Source of the DNA: an uncultured delta proteobacterium
GTDB taxonomy: Bacteria > Desulfobacterota > Binatia > Bin18
Length of the DNA: 64,000 nucleotides
Assembly: GCA_963733195.1 (NCBI GenBank)
Contig: CAVTCR010000081.1
Span: 153,396-217,395 of the forward strand
Direction: 5' to 3'
Shown here: positions 22,722 to 34,019 of the stretch, piece after piece
Numbering within the stretch: position 1 is the first letter of the stretch
Layout: the number at the start of each line of letters is the position of its first letter
Position numbers and translations under genes: made by a program
The notes under the pieces: model-generated
The model's input: the letters and a program-made list of their open reading frames with translations, nothing else
Told to the model about the DNA's origin: nothing
Databases searched by the model: none

Positions 22722-24968
22722 CTAGCGATGTCGGGTCATCGCCAGCTCCACCGGTCAATAGTCCACGCGATCGACTCATTGCCGATGAACTGTTGAAGGA
22801 CGTCGGTATGCAGTCTGGAGTTGTTCACAACGCATACTTCTTACCGGTCGGCCAGCACACTACCAGCGCTTCACACTTTTAAGGGGACACTGACGGTCGC
22901 GGCATCGACCATGTTCAGGGCTCATCATGGATGTGCTGGTTCATCAGAGACGCTCCCTCCGTTCTCTGCTACCTTTTTCACTCAAGGTGAATATCTCGTA
23001 CCAGTCATGCGCGACATCATACAACCGCCGGGTAACTTGATTCTCTCTCCTGGGCGTGTGTGGTCCGAGCCAAACGACGGGGAGATGTCGCGGGCCTCTT
23101 TTCCGTTCGTGCTGATCAGCCCATATTCCAATGAGACTCACAATGGTCTGGCCACTTTTCTCTACGATGGTACGCGCGTGTCTGCCTTACAGTTTCAGGT
23201 GATGCAAGAAACTGCCGCCTGGGCGAAGTATGATGGCTGGGGTCGCGCCACGATGTCCTATACTCCAGGCTCCATTACCAACGAGGATGCGTTACGGGAG
23301 ACAGTTCGCCGCTGAGCTGCGCTCCCAGGCACCTATCCAGCCGTGGTCGGCACTACAGGTTTCGTCTGGAACGGAATGGCTGAAGCGCTTTGACGGTGAG
23401 GCTGCGCCCGAAGACATCAGCGCCAATGGGTTGATCGTGGATGGTGTCATCTATCTTCGAGGCTGCGACACGCGCTATGGTCTCTATCCTTACTGTCAGC
23501 AGATGCGACATGGGGTCTTTTCCGTGACCAAGTCTCTTGGCGCTGCGGTTGCTCTCTTGCGGCTGGCGCAGAAGTATGGCGACCAGGTGTTCGATCTCAA
23601 GATCAAAGACTATCTTCCAGTGATGGCTACCCATGATGGGTGGGAGAAGGTAACTTTTGGTGATGCTTTGAGCATGGCCACTGGCATCGGAGACCTCGCG
23701 CCACAGCGGGAGCTGAACCAACCCTTCGCGGATGAGAATAAGCCGAAGAGTTTTCAATGGAGTATGGCGCAGACAGCCAAAGAGAAACTCAACATCAGTT
23801 TTTCCTATGGCAAATATCCATGGGGACCGGGGCAGGTGCTGCGCTATAACAGCACCCAGACGTTTGTCCTGGCGGCTGCGATGGACGGCTTCTTGAAGAG
23901 TAGAGAAGGACCGCAGGCACACTGTGGGACATGGTGGGGAACGAGGTGTTCCAGCCCATCGGGATCTTCCATCTGCCTACTATGCATACGCTCGAACCAC
24001 AGGAGGCACGCGGCATTCCGCTTCTCGCATCGGGTCTTTATCCGACGATTGACGATCTCGCCAAACTCACGACGTTGCTACAAAACGGCGGCCGCTATCA
24101 GGAGCAGCAACTCTTGCATGCTGGTAAACTGGCCGAAGCCCTGAACAAGACAGCAGTTGCGGGTCTGCTAAACCGCCAAGAGAATCGCTTTGGCAAGGGA
24201 CAGTATCACTTATCGTTTTGGTCGATACCGTATCGGACGGCAAATGGCTGCTTCTTCCAGGTTCCCTACATGACTGGATATGGTGGCAATTTGGTCATGC
24301 TGTTACCTAATGGCGTTTCCGCTTTCCGGCTTGCCGATGGCCACAATTATGATGTGGATACGATGGTGTTAGCGAGCGAGGCGGTTCGCGCCCTTTCCAT
24401 GTTCGTCGGAAGCTGTAGAGGCGCCGCACAGGCAGCAACCGCTGAGTGCGAGCGAGGTACGTACGGAGTTATCTGGAAACACGCTTTATGCTGACCCCTG
24501 GAGCGCGTTCGGGGTTTACGACGCACGCCTCAAGATGTTTGTCGCAGCCGACGGCCTGATGTACATCACTCTCGATGGGGGATCTGAAGTTGGCGTATGG
24601 CCCGACGCTGGTAAGTGGCACATAACGCCAGAAGGGCAGTTTTGTAGCAAAGGGTGGAATGACCGGCGTGAACGATGTGCTGTGGTGTACCGGCAAGGAG
24701 AAGCCTTCGAGCTGCATCTGACAGACGGATTCGAAAAATGGACCTTCCGACGTGCACCGGGTAACCCCGAAGGCTATTGAGGAACACGCTATGACCGAAC
24801 CAATGCCGCTTGTGGATGGACGATCCAACGCTCTGTTAATGACCTCCAATTCTGCTTAGCTTCCTCATCAGCCGGTCGGTGTCTATCGGACTCGACACTT
24901 TCTGCCGTCAGCATGGCTGTAGTCGTGAGAGCAAATGCATCCTCGATCTCTGGCCGCTTGGCAATATA

Positions 24969-25209
24969 GTTGAGCCATAGAGAACCTGTACGTTTCTTCT
25001 TTAGCTCTCCGTTTCCATTCCAGCCCGGGTCTCATCAGCGGAGCAGCGATCGAGCTATTCACACGGTCGGAATAATTGCTCGCGCTACCAGTCGTGAGCA
25101 GACCTATCAACTTGTAACGTACGGGATACGCCACAGTCCCCTCCTTGTGGTCGGGTGAGCCGAACGGCGGGATTGTGCATCATCAAGAGTGAAAAGGTCA
25201 AAGAAAATC
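24969..25209. repeat. Copy 2 of the ~240-bp diverged direct repeat
   Basis: Encodes VRYKLIGLL...NYSDRVNSSIAAP on the minus strand; matches 19799-20036. Confidence 0.8.
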
Positions 25210-25436
25210 AAAGGATCGCGATCGTAGATCACACGAAACTTGCTTATGCGTTTCGTAATCATTTAAGGTGGAAATGTAACTCAAACGTCAATGGGCGCAG
25301 TCGGGTGGGGGCAAAAGGCGGCAGGGGTAGTGCGTGACGTGCCACCGGGAATTCACCGCAACTGTGCAGAGAAGAGAACGCCTTACCGTTTTTCTACCGA
25401 GCTTTCGATTTCACTCATTAAAGGAGAACACGCCTT

Positions 25437-26048
25437 ATGCTCAAACGATTCGTTTCTGATGCACTTGGATTAAGTGATATCGGTTCTGTGATTAGTCCAG
25501 CAGACTACGACAAGGTTGATGCTGATGATTACGTGATGCATGAAGATGGAGAGAAAATCATCTTCTTAATCAAATCCAAGACCGATGAATACTGCTTTAC
25601 GAATCTCGCTTTGATCCATGTGGATGGAACATCGGCCGTGAGCAAAAAACGAACGTTGCGACGCTTTGATTACAGTAAGCATCCCATCCAGGACGTTACC
25701 TTAGAAACCGCAGGGACGGTGGATATGGACGTCGAAATCAAGTTCAGCATGGGAGAACTATTCTATTCCATCGATGTGAACAAAAAGTATATCGAGGAAC
25801 TCAAAGATCTGTATAAGGCTCTGATCAAGATCGGAGCACTGCAGCATGAAAACGCCGAACGCTTCCAATATGCCCAGCAGAGCCTAGTGACAGCTGCTAA
25901 CGCAGTTAACCGTTCTTCTAGTTCAAGCCCTCTCGATGAGCAGTTCAAAGCTGTCAATCACTATGCCTTTGACTGGATACAACAAGCCCGCACGACATAC
26001 GTAGTCAAAGACTTTGGCACGGTGTTCGAAAAATTCATTAAAAACTAG
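25437..26048 (+). CDS. Bacterial PH-domain protein, YvbH-like
   Basis: SDALGLSDIG, DEYCFTN.ALIH.DG and LETAGT.D.DVEIKF motifs; AAGGAG RBS. Confidence 0.8.
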   Translation: MLKRFVSDALGLSDIGSVISPADYDKVDADDYVMHEDGEKIIFLIKSKTDEYCFTNLALIHVDGTSAVSKKRTLRRFDYSKHPIQDVTLETAGTVDMDVEIKFSMGELFYSIDVNKKYIEELKDLYKALIKIGALQHENAERFQYAQQSLVTAANAVNRSSSSSPLDEQFKAVNHYAFDWIQQARTTYVVKDFGTVFEKFIKN

Positions 26049-26235
26049 TAACTACTCAGCCGTAGCGCGGCGAATGTAGGGTAGGCCGGTCTTACAAGGC
26101 CGGTTGAGCTGGCGTCCTTGTAAGCAACTGGCTCTTCTTGTTTTTTTCCTGGAATAAAGAATTATACGGTTCTGTCGATTCTATTAATCGTACAGGCACT
26201 ACGACCACGGGGGTGGTCAGATAGGGGGAAGCGAT

Positions 26236-28365
26236 ATGCAAGCGACAGAATCGGCTATTCTGCTACAGAATTTGGTCTCTCTCTCAGAGGGATTTTCACA
26301 GCTTGGCACACGGTTATCACAAGCGGCGAATGTCCTACAGGCGACGGGCATGCCACCGGCAAAGACGCTAATCGACGAGATCACTACCTCCCGCAATTCG
26401 TTTACTGAATTGTGTGCAAAGGGCGTCGCTCTCGCTGAGGCTCTTGCCCTTTCGCCAGCACCCAAACCCGAAACGATTGTGTCGCTCAACGATCTCAAGT
26501 CGTTATTGCAGACCATTACCCAGGCTGAGGAAAAGAGAAAGGCCATGCAAGAGCTGTCACAACGAGCCCTGGCAACGTTGGATCGGCTCTACGCGATTAG
26601 GCATCGAGAGCGTGATGTGTTCACGCCGTTAGCGGAATGTCAAATGCGTGGCACCGTGCTTCGCAATGCCATTACCGAGACCCCGTGGCCAAAGTTACAT
26701 CCCAGCGTCGAAGAGTTAGCAAAAGCGGATAATCCGTTTGTTGCCCTCCTGACTCTCGTCGAACAAGGAGAGAAGCTTGAAGACGACCATTGTATGCGGT
26801 TGCAAGAGATTGTCGAACGTGCGTTTAACAAATCGCTTGCTATCGCTGCTTTACGGGGAAAGCTCACCTTCTTATCTGATAATGAACCTGTGCGAGAGAT
26901 TCGGACTATAAGCCCACAGTCGGCAACGAAAACTGAACGTAGTGGCATCCCTAACAGCACGCGACCGGGTTTGGAATCGTCCCCAATCAGCGTATCTGGC
27001 GGGGTGGTTCCCAAAGTCGAGAGTGAGAAACAATCAGCCGTATTCGCCGATGCACGTACTGTCAATAAAGAGATCAAGCCGGAGGTGCTATGGGCAAATG
27101 ATCTGCCCCGTTCATTTTCCGAAGCGAGCGGCGAGAGCAAACCCTCTTCCCTTGCGGATATACAGAATGGGATGAAGGGCGTGAAAGCAGAACCGTCCTC
27201 TGCGAGGGAACCAGTGCAGTTTCGCATGGTGCCCGAAACTGGAGACGGGAACAGCGTCACATTTTCTGCGTCCACAATGACCGATGAACCAATTGCTCTA
27301 AATCTGGCTCCCCTCAGCGATACGCCTGAGTTACAGGACGATCCGATACTGATTCCATCTTCTGCCCCCACCATGACAGACCATGGAGCAGAGACAATAG
27401 GAGGCGGGAGTGTTGATGTATTCTATCGCTGCGAGGCAGACGACAAAGCGCAAAAGATCGCCAATATGTTACTGACGAGAGCTTATGGATTAGTAGAGGA
27501 GAAACCTGCCTTTCTGCGGGACTTAGTGTGGCGGCTCATCTTTGAAGAGAAACTGAGCCTTGCCTTTCATGTCGCTCGTTGCCTAGAAATACAACACCCA
27601 GAGTTTTATCCACGGCTGCCGTCCTGGTTGCTCCGCACAATTGTTCTTGGCCAGCGTGTCCGGAATCCAGCGGGAGACATTGCCCGCCTCTTGAAGGACG
27701 ATTTCGCTCGTTGTGATACTGACTGTCGCACAACGGGTGATAAGGGGTGGGATCTTGCAGTCGAGCTCCTTCTACTCGCAGGAGCATTCCTTCCTGCTCT
27801 ACTTGCGCCTGACACACGGGCCTCAACCATTCTCCATGGTGTGTGCCTTGGCGACGGTCTAGAGAATCTCTCTACCTACTGTAATGCCATCGCATTGTAC
27901 GGGGATTTGCTTGTCCCTCTTGATCCGACGATGCTCAAGAAGTCAAGCCGGATGCAGGCGAAAGAATCTGTAGGCTTCATGCGTCGCTTCATCGGGAATC
28001 AGGAAAACGGTATACGAAAAGATGTTGTTTCAGAGCAAACAGAGCCGCTTCGCATTGAGCTTAGCAATCGACACCAGACAGTGATCGATGAACTGAGTCT
28101 TTTAAAAACCGCTAATTCCTCCCTTGCGTTGCTCGGTAGTCTTGCCTGTTGCCGACGAGCGATTGAGAACGTGGCCCTCCTCTTTGACCCAGAGACATCG
28201 TTTTCTTTCGATGAGCCGTTACCTCGCCCGCTCTTGAATGCGGACCTCTCGCGCATTCCGACGTTGGTATTGAACAAGCAAGGCGAAGTGGAGGGGATCG
28301 ATCAGCCGGCGTTTCTAGAAAGTTTGTTAAGGCTGATAGCCAGCGGGTCACTGAAGATGCTCTAA
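26236..28365 (+). CDS. Hypothetical protein, 709 aa (helical N- and C-terminal parts, low-complexity linker)
   Basis: Long uninterrupted ORF with RBS; no family recognised. Confidence 0.7.
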   Translation: MQATESAILLQNLVSLSEGFSQLGTRLSQAANVLQATGMPPAKTLIDEITTSRNSFTELCAKGVALAEALALSPAPKPETIVSLNDLKSLLQTITQAEEKRKAMQELSQRALATLDRLYAIRHRERDVFTPLAECQMRGTVLRNAITETPWPKLHPSVEELAKADNPFVALLTLVEQGEKLEDDHCMRLQEIVERAFNKSLAIAALRGKLTFLSDNEPVREIRTISPQSATKTERSGIPNSTRPGLESSPISVSGGVVPKVESEKQSAVFADARTVNKEIKPEVLWANDLPRSFSEASGESKPSSLADIQNGMKGVKAEPSSAREPVQFRMVPETGDGNSVTFSASTMTDEPIALNLAPLSDTPELQDDPILIPSSAPTMTDHGAETIGGGSVDVFYRCEADDKAQKIANMLLTRAYGLVEEKPAFLRDLVWRLIFEEKLSLAFHVARCLEIQHPEFYPRLPSWLLRTIVLGQRVRNPAGDIARLLKDDFARCDTDCRTTGDKGWDLAVELLLLAGAFLPALLAPDTRASTILHGVCLGDGLENLSTYCNAIALYGDLLVPLDPTMLKKSSRMQAKESVGFMRRFIGNQENGIRKDVVSEQTEPLRIELSNRHQTVIDELSLLKTANSSLALLGSLACCRRAIENVALLFDPETSFSFDEPLPRPLLNADLSRIPTLVLNKQGEVEGIDQPAFLESLLRLIASGSLKML

Positions 28366-28406
28366 AGCAAATTGCAATTGTTTTTACTCTATACCTCAAC
28401 TTTCGA

Positions 28407-28472
28407 CCCTCACCCTAGCCCTCTCTCTACCAGGGAAAGGGCAGCACGAGCGGAACGCGTGCGGGTGAGGGT
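28407..28472. repeat. REP-like palindrome (CCCTCACCC...GGGTGAGGG type) between convergent genes
   Basis: Terminal inverted repeat; related element at 55967-56003. Confidence 0.65.
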
Positions 28473-28514
28473 AAGGTGCACGGTACACCCAAGTGGAATC
28501 CGCTCTATCAGCAA

Positions 28515-28865
28515 TTAATCCAACGTAATAAACAGTGACTTGCGGGGTTTGCCGCCGACCGCGCGGCTAATGTGCCCTTGGCCGGTGGTGTCTTCGGCCA
28601 ACAGAATGTCGCCGCTTCGCAGAAGGCGCTTGGTGCCGTCACCCACTTCAATCTCTACTTCGCCCTCCAGGTTGACTACATACTGTCGTCGTGGTGCGTT
28701 GTGAAAATCAAAATTGTACGAGCCGTCAGTTTCGCGAAACACCACGCCAGTGGCCTTCTCTAATGCGGACATGAATCCAGCTTTGCCACCATCCTTTAGC
28801 TGAACTTCGATATCCTCGAAATGCGATTTATTGTCTGCGCCGGTATATACACGGGTAATCTTCAT
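28515..28865 (-). CDS. Cupin-fold protein
   Basis: MKITRVYTGAD..SHF, FHNAPRRQYV and AEDTTGQGH motifs; AGGAGG RBS before ATG 28865. Confidence 0.8.
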   Translation of the reverse strand: MKITRVYTGADNKSHFEDIEVQLKDGGKAGFMSALEKATGVVFRETDGSYNFDFHNAPRRQYVVNLEGEVEIEVGDGTKRLLRSGDILLAEDTTGQGHISRAVGGKPRKSLFITLD

Positions 28866-29148
28866 CGTTCGTCCTCCTGTGTTGGCGAAAATTTCTTGTG
28901 GTCGTAGTGTGTCTGTGTTCCACATGGTCGTAAAGAACAGGGCGAGAATCGCTCCAACCCCAACCGCTTTCTTCGGTGACACAGCCGTCTCCCTTCTCTT
29001 CGAGAATTGCGACCTTGTTCTATGTCATTGTCGAGGGATTGAGAAGGCTACGTACTTGGCAGATTCCTTGTGCTGGAGATTGAAATCCCTGACTACCATC
29101 AGGGGCCCTTCGTAAGCCGGGATAAGGCTGCAGGCCATTCCCGCAATC

Positions 29149-31435
29149 TTACTTTTCCGTCCCTGGCAAGAGAACACCACCTGATTTCTTATCTGGCGGG
29201 GCAGCAAAGGTTGGTCGATCAAGCTGTTTTTGCCACTGTGGCGGTGCTTTGTGGTCACGCAAGAAATTACGGAACCGGTCGCGCTCGCCAGACGAATGCG
29301 CAGCAATCTCGGTTTCATCGCGCACGATGTGCGGGGTCAGAAAAATCAACAAATTGATCTTGTCATTATGCACATCGTCCGTACGGAAAAAATTCCCCAA
29401 CACTGGCATGTCTTGGAGATACGGAACGCCAGAACGTCGTCGGACCGAGTTGTCGGAGATCAGGCCGCCAATAACCACCGTTTGTCCATTCTTCGCCACC
29501 ACGGTCGTACTGGCCGAACGCACGGAGGTTGTGGGGCCGACGAGATCGGGATCACCAACCACAGTCGGTACAATCGCTGAGACTTCTTCATAGACATCGA
29601 GTCGGACTGTCTCCCCTTCAGAGATCTGTGGTGTGAGCCGTAAGGTGATACCGACATCCTCGCGTTCTACATTAGCAAACAGGTTGTTGAGCTGAGAGGC
29701 ATCTGTCGCTCGGCTGGTGATGAACGGTACGTTTTGACCGACTAGAATTTCAGCCTCCTGGTTATCAGCGGTCAATAATGTTGGGGCGGAGAGCACGTTG
29801 ATGTCTCTACTGTTTTGCACGGCACGCAACAGTGCAGCTTGTGCAGGAACACGAGTACCATCGGGAAGTTCAATGGTTTTGTTACTCGCCGCAGCGAGCG
29901 AGTAAGCCTGAGAGGCTCGCGGGATTAGTTAAAGCTGTGTTTAAATCTTTAAAATTCGTGCGGCCAAGGGCGACACCCTCACCGCCTAGACTAAAGGCAT
30001 ATTGGAGTTCAATACCTAACTCCCGGGCTCTCGCCATACTAACTTCGAGAATAATCGCTTCGACGTAGACTTGCCGGCGACGGACATCGAGTTGTTCAAT
30101 AACTGTCTTCAAGGTGGCGAAATCTTGTGGCGCGGCGCTAATAAGTAACGAGTTCGTCGTGGGATCTGCAGAAATAGTGACTTCGCTACTGAATTCTGGA
30201 GAGCTCGCGGAAACGGTACCTCCACCGGACGGTGCGGTCGGGAGTTGGGAAGAGGAAGGGGATCGCTCAGCTAATCCTGAACCATAGCGGTCGCTACTTC
30301 TGCCGAAACGTTGATCTCGAGTATAGCGCCGTTCGCGACGAGGAATATTGAGCGAACGGCTTTCTCCTGTGCTGCCGGTGCTACCATCAATTAAGTCTGC
30401 CAACACTGGCAGTAGCTCTTCGGCATTGGCATATTTGAGCGCGTAGACATGAATCTTGCTGTGGCCTGGCGGAAGTGGGACGTCAAGCTGATGAACTAAA
30501 CGGTGGACTGTTTTCAATTCTCGAGGGCCCCCCATGACAATGAGTGAGTTCGTGCGTTCATCGGGTAACACACGTATCGTCCGAGTGCTACTCGAGCTTG
30601 GTGGAGGGTTGTTTGTTGCAGCCGTGGTCGCTGCGGTTGTTATAATCTTGACCCGTGATCCAGTCGGGCTGTCGCTATTGCCCTGATCTTTCATGATTTC
30701 TTCAATTTTCTTAGATAAATCCGTTGCAATGGCATGCTTGAGGGGAATCACCTCCGTGAGGCGCTCATATCCTTCGACATCAAGGTCCTCTAGCATGCCG
30801 AGTAAGCGCTTGACGTTCGTTGCCGCGTCGGTGAGGATTAACGAATTGGTTTGCGGGTACGGCAGCACTAAACCGTCGCCAGAAACCATCGGCTGTAGGA
30901 CTTGAACCATTTCGGCAGCGCTGACATGGCGTAAAGGAACTAATCGGGTAATAAATTCGTCTCCGACAGTGGCTAACGAACCATTATACAGGGTTGGCAG
31001 GCCAACTTGTTTCGCTTCTTTACTCGGGACGATTTTTACCACTTGGCCACTTTGTACGGTGGTAAACCCTTTTACTTGCAGGACTGACTGAAAGATGGCG
31101 TAGGCTTCATCTGTGGTGACTTTGGTGGGAGAGATGACCGTGACTTTGCCACGCACTTTCTCATCGACAATAAAGTTTCGATGGGTGATCTCGCTGATGA
31201 ACTGCGCCAGGACAGGGATATCGATGTCTTGAAAGTTCATCGTGACCAGGTTGTCTGACGATGGCGGCAGCGGCTTCTTGCCGTTGGTTGCAGGCGCGAA
31301 CCCGTGGTGTTGTGTGTCGGCGTCGTCCACGCTGTCGTTCTGCGACTGCGGATGTTGTTGTGTCCAACCCACCGAGCCATGCACAAGCACGAGCAAGGTG
31401 GTCACCAGACCGATCACATGATTAGCGAATTTCAT
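29149..31435 (-). CDS. gspD: Type II secretion secretin GspD (frameshift near 29.83-29.89 kb)
   Basis: MNFQDIDI, DERTNSLIV, LDVRRRQVYVEA.I.EV, NVLSAPTLLT.DNQEA and VPYLQDMPVLGNFF motifs. Confidence 0.92.
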
Positions 31436-32315
31436 AAGAAAGCGATGTCGGTTGCTGGTTACGAAGCACATCGACTCGGATTTGTGGGTGCCCTTGGAGA
31501 TCTTGTAAGAGCTGAAAGGCGGTACTTGGGTCTGAAATTTCTACGCCGTTGACACGTTGGATCACATCTCCGTTTTTCAAGCCAATGCGATCAATGAGGC
31601 TGTCAGGTTTGATTTGAAACAGTCGGAAGCCCTGCACGACACCCTCTTGTAGCGAATAGGGAACCGCACGGACTTGGGTGAACAGTTCACTCAGGTTGTT
31701 GATCGCATGATCAACCTCTCGGCGGTCGATCTGGTAACTATCTTGCGCCAGTTGTCGCACGCCTTCCGGAGTACTTTGACTTGCGAGCGTAGAGATAGGG
31801 ACGGTTGGCGGCTGTCCCGGTATTGCAGGTAAGTCTTTGGGCAAGAGGAGCGTTTCTCGTTTTCCGTCACGCTCAATGGTGATGCGATCCCAACCTACTT
31901 GCACCAGGATGATACCAGGAGCTACGAGATCTCCCTCGCGGTACAGCCCTTGCGTACGGGTGGTTTGGTTCTCGACGATGGCAAAGGCACGGTCCTGCAT
32001 ACTGGTGGCGGTGCCAAGGAGTCGGATATTTGCATTACTGGTGGCAGCGACGAGTGCTGTTCCTTCGTGCGTCGTCGGTGCTTTTGTAGAATTAAAAAGG
32101 TCGCGCACGTAGACAATCGCGTATGAGGAGAGCGGTGGCTTTGTTTGTGGAGTGCGAGAAAATGAAGTCTCATGTCGCTGCGGAACTGACGGCGAGAGCG
32201 CCAGTTTGGTGGCGACGACCGTGTTGACAGAGAGAGCGCAAAAGTACGCTAGTCCTGTTAACAGTGACACACGCGCACTGAGGAGAAGAACCCGCACACC
32301 TACCACCACATCCAC
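31422..32315 (-). CDS. gspC: Type II secretion protein GspC (HR plus PDZ)
   Basis: TM helix, RLLGT..FAIVE HR domain, PDZ GFRLFQIKPDS..GLKNGDVI..VNG. Confidence 0.88.
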   Translation of the reverse strand: MDVVVGVRVLLLSARVSLLTGLAYFCALSVNTVVATKLALSPSVPQRHETSFSRTPQTKPPLSSYAIVYVRDLFNSTKAPTTHEGTALVAATSNANIRLLGTATSMQDRAFAIVENQTTRTQGLYREGDLVAPGIILVQVGWDRITIERDGKRETLLLPKDLPAIPGQPPTVPISTLASQSTPEGVRQLAQDSYQIDRREVDHAINNLSELFTQVRAVPYSLQEGVVQGFRLFQIKPDSLIDRIGLKNGDVIQRVNGVEISDPSTAFQLLQDLQGHPQIRVDVLRNQQPTSLSYEIR

Positions 32316-32461
32316 CTTTCAGCCTATGGTGGCAGGATAGGTGAAAGCCGATGGCAATTCAAGCTTTCCGTGAAATTTGTTGCTGTAACCTGATGGCGAA
32401 CAAAGAAAGATTTACCTTCCTCATTGACTCGTTGCTCGTTCTTGGTTAAGCCCGTTGCTCT

Positions 32462-33946
32462 ATGGAAGACAATGAGCAAATCCTCGTTCGTAAGAACAAA
32501 CTGGCGGCGCTGAAAGAGTCTGGCGTAGAAGCCTATCCGAATGATTTTTTTCCTTCCCATACGACCGCAGAGTTGCACAAACGCTTCGCCGGAACAAACG
32601 AAGAAGATCTCGCCAAAGGAGCCGAGGTCACGACGGTTGCTGGCCGTATCATGTCGGTGCGCCACTTCGGCAAAGCCGCGTTTTTTCATCTGCAAGATCG
32701 TAGCGGACAGATTCAGGTCTATGTTCGTCAGGGAGACAGTCCGCCGGAAGCCGTGACTCTTCTCAAAGAATCTCTCGATGTCGGCGATATTGTCGGCGTT
32801 ACCGGACCGCTGTTCCGTACGCGCACGGGTGAACTGACCATCAAAGCCACAACCCTGCGCTTGCTAAGTAAAGCACTGATTCCACTCCCAGAAAAATGGC
32901 ATGGTTTGCAAGATGTCGAGGCGCGGTATCGCCAGCGCTATCTTGACCTGATCGTCAATCCGCAGGCGCGCGAGACCTTCCGCAAACGGGCAAAGATTAT
33001 TGAGATTATTCGCCGTTTCTTTCAAGAACGTGACTTCATTGAAGTCGAAACGCCGATGATGCAGAGTCTTGCAGGTGGTGCGTTGGCACGACCGTTTATC
33101 ACGCATCATAACACCTTGGATATCGACCTCTATTTGCGGATCGCACCGGAACTGTTCCTGAAGCGCCTAGTTGTGGGTGGCTTCGATCGAGTGTTTGAAT
33201 TCGGTCGCAATTTTCGTAACGAAGGCATATCGACCAGACATAACCCCGAGTACACCATGTTGGAGTTCTATCAGGCCTACGCTACCTACGAGCATTTGAT
33301 GACCCAGACCGAGGAGTTGTTTGTCCGCCTCGCCCAAGAAGTGAACGGCGGCCTACGGGTAACCTATGGAGAGCATGAGATTGATCTCTCTCCTCCGTGG
33401 CGGCGACTTGGGTTGAAGGAAGGAGTCTGTGAATATACTGGACTGACACTAGAGGAGGCAGATCAGGAGGAGACGTTGCGGGCCAAGGCCCATGAGCTTG
33501 GCATTCATCCACCAGCGTCTGCTCCATTAGGAAAAGTGCTTGAGGAAATCTTCGGGGTAGCTGTTGAACCGCATCTGATCCAGCCGACTTTTGTGGTGAG
33601 CTATCCCGTAGAAGTTTCGCCTTTAGCGCGGCGCAATCACACTGATCCCCGCTTCGTTGATCGCTTTGAGCTGTACGTTGCCGGTCGCGAGATTGCCAAC
33701 GCCTTCTCAGAGTTAAATGACCCTGAGGATCAGTTGCAGCGCTTTGTCGAACAATTGCACGAACGCGAGGCTGGGGACCAAGAAGCGCACGCGCTTGATG
33801 AAGACTACGTGCGCGCACTGGAGTATGGGCTCCCGCCGACGGCTGGAGAAGGAATCGGCATTGATCGGCTCGTTATGTTGCTGACCAACTCGCCGTCCAT
33901 ACGTGATGTGATTCTGTTCCCGCAAATGCGGCCAGAGAAAAAATAA
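32462..33946 (+). CDS. lysS: Lysine--tRNA ligase, class II
   Basis: LPEKWHGL.D.E.RYRQRYLDL, FRNEG.S.RHNPE and YGLPPTAGEGIGIDRL motifs. Confidence 0.97.
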   Translation: MEDNEQILVRKNKLAALKESGVEAYPNDFFPSHTTAELHKRFAGTNEEDLAKGAEVTTVAGRIMSVRHFGKAAFFHLQDRSGQIQVYVRQGDSPPEAVTLLKESLDVGDIVGVTGPLFRTRTGELTIKATTLRLLSKALIPLPEKWHGLQDVEARYRQRYLDLIVNPQARETFRKRAKIIEIIRRFFQERDFIEVETPMMQSLAGGALARPFITHHNTLDIDLYLRIAPELFLKRLVVGGFDRVFEFGRNFRNEGISTRHNPEYTMLEFYQAYATYEHLMTQTEELFVRLAQEVNGGLRVTYGEHEIDLSPPWRRLGLKEGVCEYTGLTLEEADQEETLRAKAHELGIHPPASAPLGKVLEEIFGVAVEPHLIQPTFVVSYPVEVSPLARRNHTDPRFVDRFELYVAGREIANAFSELNDPEDQLQRFVEQLHEREAGDQEAHALDEDYVRALEYGLPPTAGEGIGIDRLVMLLTNSPSIRDVILFPQMRPEKK

Positions 33947-34019
33947 TGTCTAGGTTCACATAAGAGAGGCTGGTACAATCGGGAAGGAGAGAGAGGGGTA
34001 TCATGAGGAATAAAAGGCC

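Larger units (their letters stand above)
20435..24780 (+). pseudogene. Exported serine hydrolase (beta-lactamase-like), interrupted by IS1380 and frameshifted
   Basis: N-terminal TM; FSVTKS (SxxK), LRYNS and MTGYGGN motifs in consecutive partial ORFs on both sides of the IS. Confidence 0.7.

Noticed and set aside
25250-25436. Possible riboswitch upstream of the PH-domain gene
   Set aside because: G-rich leader but no recognisable aptamer consensus
26640-27374. Long antisense ORFs (for example 26640-27374, 38550-39206, 53487-54218)
   Set aside because: Shadow frames of better-supported genes on the opposite strand
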